Shown: positions 59,326 through 64,000 of the stretch, one piece after another
Numbering within the stretch: position 1 is the stretch's first letter
Layout of the letters: the number at the start of each line of letters is the position of its first letter
Source: an uncultured virus (IMG/VR IMGVR_UViG_2061766007_000921)
Lineage: Duplodnaviria; Heunggongvirae; Uroviricota; Caudoviricetes
DNA: 64,000 nucleotides
Virus record (IMG/VR): IMGVR_UViG_2061766007_000921
Strand: one strand, 5' to 3'
Notes under the pieces: generated by a model
Told to the model about the DNA's origin: nothing
Databases searched by the model: none
Seen by the model: only the letters and a program-made list of their open reading frames with translations
Translations under genes and position numbers: made by a program

Positions 59326-60615
59326 CTACTTATCTAACTCAATATCTTCTGCAATACAACGTTCATAATCCACTCCTGTTACTTTAGGAATAACTGCTCC
59401 GCCTTTTTCTACAAACACATATGCTCCAATTTGGAGATTAAGCTCATTGATATAGTCCATATTGTTTAATGATGCTCTTGATACTGTAGAGCCATCAAGT
59501 TCAACAGGTTCAAGAATTCCAACAGGAGTAAGTTTTCCAGTTCTACCAATTTGCCATTCTACAGAAAGCAATTTAGTAGAAGCAGATTCTTGCTTAAACT
59601 TAAATGCCTTTGCCCATTTAGGAACCTTTTGTGTGTATCCAATACTTTCTTGTTTTTTGAAGCTTTCGATCTTAACAACACAGCCGTCCATGCAGAAATC
59701 TTGTTTCTCAAGAAAACGCTCTTTGAATTCTTGAATCATATTGATAACTGTGTATGCACCAGAACATCTCCAATAATTAGGAGCATTAAATCCAAAGATT
59801 TCAGCAATATCAAGCATTTTATGCTGTTCATCAAGATATTTTTCTGTAAATGCTTTATCAGAATCACAATACATTGAATATGGCATAAAGATGAGATTAC
59901 GACTTGCTGTAACTTTAGGATCTAATTGTTTAACAGAGCCTGCAGCACAATTTCGTTCATTTGCAAATTCAGGAAAGCCTTCTGCTCTTCGTTCAGCATT
60001 TATTCTTGCAAATTCAGATTTAGGAAGAAGAATTTCTCCACGAATTTCAATTTCATTTGGAATATACAATCCTTCATAATGCCAGTCATTTATAGTATCT
60101 GGATATTTTTCAGTTTCAGTGTTTTTTCTTCCATGAAGTTCAAGTTTCAACGGAATCGATTTAATTGTCTTTACATTTTCAGTAATATCAGCTCCAACCT
60201 TTCCAGAACCTCTTGTAGAACCTGAAACCAAAATTCCATTTTTGTAAATCAGTGAGCAAGATACTCCATCATATTTAGGTTCAAGAAGAAAGTTTTCATA
60301 TCCAGTTCCTGAAATATTGTCAAGATTATTAAGCCACGATCTAAGTTCAGTCAAATCATAGCAATTTGCAATAGAACCCATTATTCTTGTTCTCGGAACA
60401 TCTTTAAATCCTTCCTGAATATCTGAACCAATACGCTGAGATGGTGATTCAGGAAGAATATAACCAGTAGAAGCTTCAAGCTTTTCAAGTTCTTTGAGCT
60501 TCATATCAAAATCAATATCTGACATAATAGGATCACAAAGAACATAATAATGATAATTGGCTTTAGTTAAAAGCTCAACAAGATCTTCAATTTGTTTCTT
60601 TTCAATATCTGTCAT
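59326..60615 (-). CDS. ligA: NAD-dependent DNA ligase, N-terminal part (Ia, adenylation and OB domains)
   Basis: YYV...P..SD..FD, EPKYDG (motif I), EIRGE, RN.AAGS, DGCVVK, PKWA.AFKF, IGRTG.LTP and GAVIPKV, then a stop. Confidence 0.93.
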   Translation of the reverse strand: MTDIEKKQIEDLVELLTKANYHYYVLCDPIMSDIDFDMKLKELEKLEASTGYILPESPSQRIGSDIQEGFKDVPRTRIMGSIANCYDLTELRSWLNNLDNISGTGYENFLLEPKYDGVSCSLIYKNGILVSGSTRGSGKVGADITENVKTIKSIPLKLELHGRKNTETEKYPDTINDWHYEGLYIPNEIEIRGEILLPKSEFARINAERRAEGFPEFANERNCAAGSVKQLDPKVTASRNLIFMPYSMYCDSDKAFTEKYLDEQHKMLDIAEIFGFNAPNYWRCSGAYTVINMIQEFKERFLEKQDFCMDGCVVKIESFKKQESIGYTQKVPKWAKAFKFKQESASTKLLSVEWQIGRTGKLTPVGILEPVELDGSTVSRASLNNMDYINELNLQIGAYVFVEKGGAVIPKVTGVDYERCIAEDIELDK

Positions 60616-60616
60616 A

Positions 60617-61342
60617 TTATTTCACAAGTTTTTCATCCTTAATAATCCAAACAGGATTTTCATTCAAAGCATAATTATACAAATCATTATTGTTAATTAC
60701 AATCTCTTTAAATTCTTTAACAGGCTTCATTAAATTATATCTGTATGACTTTGTTTTAATTACAAATATATTTTTAAAAAATGAATTTTCATCAGAGTTG
60801 TTTTTATCAAGCAATTGAGAAATAATTTTCTTATAATATCTTTTTGTTGTTTTGATGCACATCTGATGATTGCCAAAATCTTCCATGCAAATTACATAAA
60901 AATCAGATTCTGAATCACATCTAGGATCAAGACTAAGTTCTTTTTTGCATACAGTATCAATTCTGATATCATACAAATTACGTTCAAGAATAAGATTAAT
61001 AGTATTCATTTTTGATGTAAATACTCTGTCATGAGCAACATTCCAAGAACATACTTTATATCTGTTCTCAGATACATGTGAATCCTGCCAAAGATGTATC
61101 ATTTCGTGAATAAGAACTTCACGAATAAAATCTCTGTCAAAAACATAGTATTTACAAAAAGCAATCTCATGATAATTTCCTGTTTTTGATTTTCTTTTAC
61201 GATGGCAAGAATAACCAACAGCCTCAGGAATATCATGTAAAATAAAATCGACTTTACTAGAATTTGGAAGTGAATTATTAAACAACATTACATTGAATAA
61301 TGAATAATCACTTTTAATTGTTTTAAGATCTTCTTGTGTCAT
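60617..61342 (-). CDS. SprT-like zinc metalloprotease
   Basis: FN..LFNNSLP, EVLIHEMIH and H...F...M..IN. Confidence 0.8.
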   Translation of the reverse strand: MTQEDLKTIKSDYSLFNVMLFNNSLPNSSKVDFILHDIPEAVGYSCHRKRKSKTGNYHEIAFCKYYVFDRDFIREVLIHEMIHLWQDSHVSENRYKVCSWNVAHDRVFTSKMNTINLILERNLYDIRIDTVCKKELSLDPRCDSESDFYVICMEDFGNHQMCIKTTKRYYKKIISQLLDKNNSDENSFFKNIFVIKTKSYRYNLMKPVKEFKEIVINNNDLYNYALNENPVWIIKDEKLVK

Positions 61343-61364
61343 TATATACTTCTATTTTATAGTA

Positions 61365-61395
61365 CAAATATAAAATAAAAATTCTCAACCACAAA
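61365..61395 (-). promoter_or_regulatory. Bacteroidota housekeeping-sigma promoter for the sprT/ligase-N operon
   Basis: TTTG-N19-TATATTTG; overlaps the ATTCTCAAC/GTTGAGAAT hairpin. Confidence 0.75.
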
Positions 61396-61438
61396 ATTTA
61401 GTTGAGAATCTTTTCACAAAATATATATGAAATTAAGC

Positions 61439-61666
61439 CTATTTGATAGTAGTTGTTTGCCATTCTCCTTCTACTCCACCCCAGCCTTTTCCATAATAAC
61501 CCGGGATAAAATTCGGATGAGCTGTGCTTCTTGTAGTGGTTTTTCCTTTCTGCGCGTCGTCCAATGCCTTTCTCATACCTTGATAAGAAGCAGGATGGTC
61601 ACTTAAATTTCCCTGAGGAATAAGTTTAGGAGCGCCAACATCTACAGGCTTCATGTTATTATCCAT
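61439..61666 (-). CDS. Small hypothetical late protein
   Basis: 75 aa with AATAAATA upstream. Confidence 0.6.
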   Translation of the reverse strand: MDNNMKPVDVGAPKLIPQGNLSDHPASYQGMRKALDDAQKGKTTTRSTAHPNFIPGYYGKGWGGVEGEWQTTTIK

Positions 61667-61700
61667 TGTAAAACAATTAGTTTAAATATTTATTACGAGC

Positions 61701-62729
61701 TTAAGATAAAAAATCTTTATTCTCTAAATACCATTTAACTGTTTTCTTCAATCCTTCATCAAATTTAGTTTGTGGCTTCCAACCATAAGAAAAATTCATT
61801 TTTCCTGTATCGATTGCATATCTAAAATCATGTCCTAATCTATCAGGAACGAATGTTACTAATTTCTTAAGTTCTTCTATTCGTTTGTTTATATCATCTT
61901 GTGAACCCTTTGTAGTATAATATGCATAAACTTCAATTATCTTATTGATTATTGATACATTAGTTTCTTCATGATTTCCACCAATATTATAAGTAGATTT
62001 TCTTGTTCCTTCATTAATTAACAAATCAATTGCATCAATATGATCATCAACAAAAATCCAATCTCTGATATTCATACCTGTTCCATACACAGGAATATTC
62101 TTATTATTCATTAAACAAGATATTACTGTAGGAATAAGTTTTTCTTTGTGCTGTTTTGGTCCGTAATTATTTGAACAATGTGTAATTATTGTAGGAATAT
62201 TAAATGATACACTATAAGCTCTTACAAAATAATCTGATGATGCTTTAGATGCAGAATATGGAGAATTTGGAGCATATACATTAGATTCTTTAAACTTCTC
62301 TTCAGTTTCATTTTTCAATGAACCGAACACTTCATCTGTTGATATATGAAAAAACAATTTATCTGAAGTATTTTTATTCCAAGCTTTTCTTGCACACTCC
62401 AAAAGATTTAATGTTCCAATAACATTTGTTTCTGCAAACACATATGGATTTGCCAATGAATTATCGACATGTGATTCAGCAGCAAAATTTATAATTGTAT
62501 CAATATTGTGTTCTACAAGAATATCATATACTCCTTTATCGCAAATGTCTCCTTTTATAAATTTTGCATTTTTGTATCTATCAAGAGCACTTTCAATATT
62601 ACTGAGTTTACCACAATATGTAAGATTATCATATCCAATAATATTACAATCTTTATATTTCTTTGCGAAATATTCAAAAGCATTGCTGCCTATAAATCCA
62701 CAGCATCCAGTTATAAACACATTTTTCAT
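61701..62729 (-). CDS. rmlB: dTDP-glucose 4,6-dehydratase
   Basis: ITG..GFIGS, D.LTY, AAESHVDNS, HISTDEVFG, PNSPYSASKA, CSNNYGP and DRLGHDFRYA. Confidence 0.97.
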   Translation of the reverse strand: MKNVFITGCCGFIGSNAFEYFAKKYKDCNIIGYDNLTYCGKLSNIESALDRYKNAKFIKGDICDKGVYDILVEHNIDTIINFAAESHVDNSLANPYVFAETNVIGTLNLLECARKAWNKNTSDKLFFHISTDEVFGSLKNETEEKFKESNVYAPNSPYSASKASSDYFVRAYSVSFNIPTIITHCSNNYGPKQHKEKLIPTVISCLMNNKNIPVYGTGMNIRDWIFVDDHIDAIDLLINEGTRKSTYNIGGNHEETNVSIINKIIEVYAYYTTKGSQDDINKRIEELKKLVTFVPDRLGHDFRYAIDTGKMNFSYGWKPQTKFDEGLKKTVKWYLENKDFLS

Positions 62730-63718
62730 TTATCTAAAGTATTAATTATTTTGCAAATAACATCTTTCAATGAATCTTTCCAATATCTAAACTCATATCC
62801 TGTTGACTTAATGTTAGTTTTGTCAAACATACTAATACACGGACGATGTACAACTGGTTTATTATTTGAACTCATCATATTCAGTATATCAGATTCAGGA
62901 ATTGGACGAATAACAGGATTTTCATTAAAAATAAAAATACCTTCTTGTTTTGCTTCTTTGATGTATAATTCTACTATAGCTTTTGCAAAATCAAACCAAG
63001 ATATAGCACCGTCATTACTAAAATGATAAATTCCTGATTTTAATTCTGGATTATCGTGTGATAATCTGTTTTTTGATACAATTGTACCAATTATAAATTC
63101 AGCAAGATCATGAGCATTTGTAGGAGATCCAATCTGATCATAAACAACATTTAAATCTTTATCTGCTAAAAATTGTTTAATTATTGATTTAACAAAGTTG
63201 TTTCCATATTCAGAATATAACCAACTTGTACGAATAATCATATATTGTAGATTGGTTTGATCTGCTACTTCTATTATATTTTTTTCTCCTGCAAGTTTTG
63301 TTTTTCCATAGTTGTTTAAAGGATCTACACCGTCCATAGTTTCTTTTAATGTTCTCATTAATCCAGGAAAAACATAATCTGTAGAAATATGAATCAATGT
63401 AATTTTATATTTTTCACACATATGTGCTAAATATAAAGGAGCAATCCCATTAACTTTTATCGCATTTCCTTGTTCAACTGTTGGATCTTCTGCTCCATTA
63501 ACATTTGTATATGCTGCACAATTTATCAAATAATCAAATTTCCATCCAGTGGTTTCATACAAATAATTATCAATCTTTTCTATATCTGTAATGTCTAATT
63601 CTTCATGTGTCAAAAATACAGCTTCAACATTTTTATTAGATGGTTTCTGTAACTCATCTTTAATGCATTTTGCTAATTGACCATTTGCTCCGGTAACAAG
63701 AATTTTTATTTTACTCAT
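62726..63718 (-). CDS. rmlD: dTDP-4-dehydrorhamnose reductase
   Basis: VTGANGQL, NCAAYT.V, HISTDYVF, P.N.YGKTKLAGE, RTSWLY and V.DQIGSPT. Confidence 0.95.
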   Translation of the reverse strand: MSKIKILVTGANGQLAKCIKDELQKPSNKNVEAVFLTHEELDITDIEKIDNYLYETTGWKFDYLINCAAYTNVNGAEDPTVEQGNAIKVNGIAPLYLAHMCEKYKITLIHISTDYVFPGLMRTLKETMDGVDPLNNYGKTKLAGEKNIIEVADQTNLQYMIIRTSWLYSEYGNNFVKSIIKQFLADKDLNVVYDQIGSPTNAHDLAEFIIGTIVSKNRLSHDNPELKSGIYHFSNDGAISWFDFAKAIVELYIKEAKQEGIFIFNENPVIRPIPESDILNMMSSNNKPVVHRPCISMFDKTNIKSTGYEFRYWKDSLKDVICKIINTLDK

Positions 63719-64000
63719 AATAATTTATATCAAATTTAAATAATTCAGTTTCAGGAAGTTCTTCAAGTTTAACTCTTGCCATATCTTTATCAGATAAAAT
63801 TATATCTGCAGGATCAATAAATTTCATTCCCTCTGGTGAATCATTCCAGCTTGGAATAGAAAAAAATGACATTCCACTTTCTGACTCTTTATTATATAAA
63901 TTATCACATTTATATTGAAATAACGCATCTGGTGAAATGACTACAAATCCATGAGCAAATCCTCTTGGAATAAAAAGCTGATTATGATTATCTTCACTAA
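63711..64000 (-). CDS. rmlC: dTDP-4-dehydrorhamnose 3,5-epimerase (5' end outside the window)
   Basis: Hand translation ...SEDNHNQLFIPRGFAHGFVVISPDALFQYKCDNLY...ILSDKD; stop at 63711-63713. Confidence 0.93.
   Translation of the reverse strand, partial: SEDNHNQLFIPRGFAHGFVVISPDALFQYKCDNLYNKESESGMSFFSIPSWNDSPEGMKFIDPADIILSDKDMARVKLEELPETELFKFDINYYE

Noticed and set aside
55118..60615. Split intein or self-splicing intron joining the ligase halves
   Set aside because: There are no Cys/Ser-start or His-Asn-end intein motifs at the break and no homing endonuclease or reverse transcriptase between the halves. The intervening DNA is ordinary genes, and the C-part has its own promoter.
1..64000. 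Stop-codon reassignment (TAG to Gln) as in Lak and some crAss-like phages
   Set aside because: Long genes are intact in code 11 at high coding density. TAG is used as a real stop (e.g. 50502, 59326), and reading through the ligase TAG gives no ligase sequence.
61701..64000. Host O-antigen/capsule locus, implying a prophage boundary or chimeric contig
   Set aside because: Composition and gene packing match the phage genes, a late-motif gene is adjacent, and no wzx/wzy/wza or integrase is seen. Sequence beyond the window is needed to exclude this fully.
1..64000. tRNA, rRNA or structured ncRNA genes
   Set aside because: Intergenic gaps are short and explained by promoters and terminators, and no cloverleaf was recognised by eye. 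A covariance-model scan was not run.

Overview
This AT-rich 64 kb window comes from a large T4-like (myovirus-type) jumbo phage that uses the standard genetic code and very probably infects a Bacteroidota host. The host call rests on five TTTG-N18/19-TAnnTTTG promoters, a Bacteroides-type ribosomal protein S1, a DUF4494-like protein and the rmlC-D-B gene order. The left third encodes fibre and receptor-binding proteins, including a 3631-aa protein with about 1150 almost uninterrupted Gly-X-Y triplets and two more collagen-like fibres. These are followed by terS, a gp25-like gene and terL with a mini-intein. The middle holds the N-terminal half of a split PolB, dUTPase, a T4 gp42-type dCMP hydroxymethylase with an adjacent kinase, a truncated S1, a gp45-like clamp, baseplate genes and a papain-like protease. 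The right part holds an ECF sigma factor, a DinG-like helicase, a GMP reductase/IMPDH-family enzyme, an NAD-dependent ligase split into two genes 3.4 kb apart, MgsA, a GT2 glycosyltransferase and a dTDP-rhamnose pathway. The best candidate for a new system is phage-encoded glycosylation (rml genes plus two GT-A enzymes). Its target could be 5hmC DNA, virion proteins (which are enriched in a D-[S/A/T]-S motif and Thr-rich collagen), or both. All product calls come from motif recognition by eye; no database search was run.
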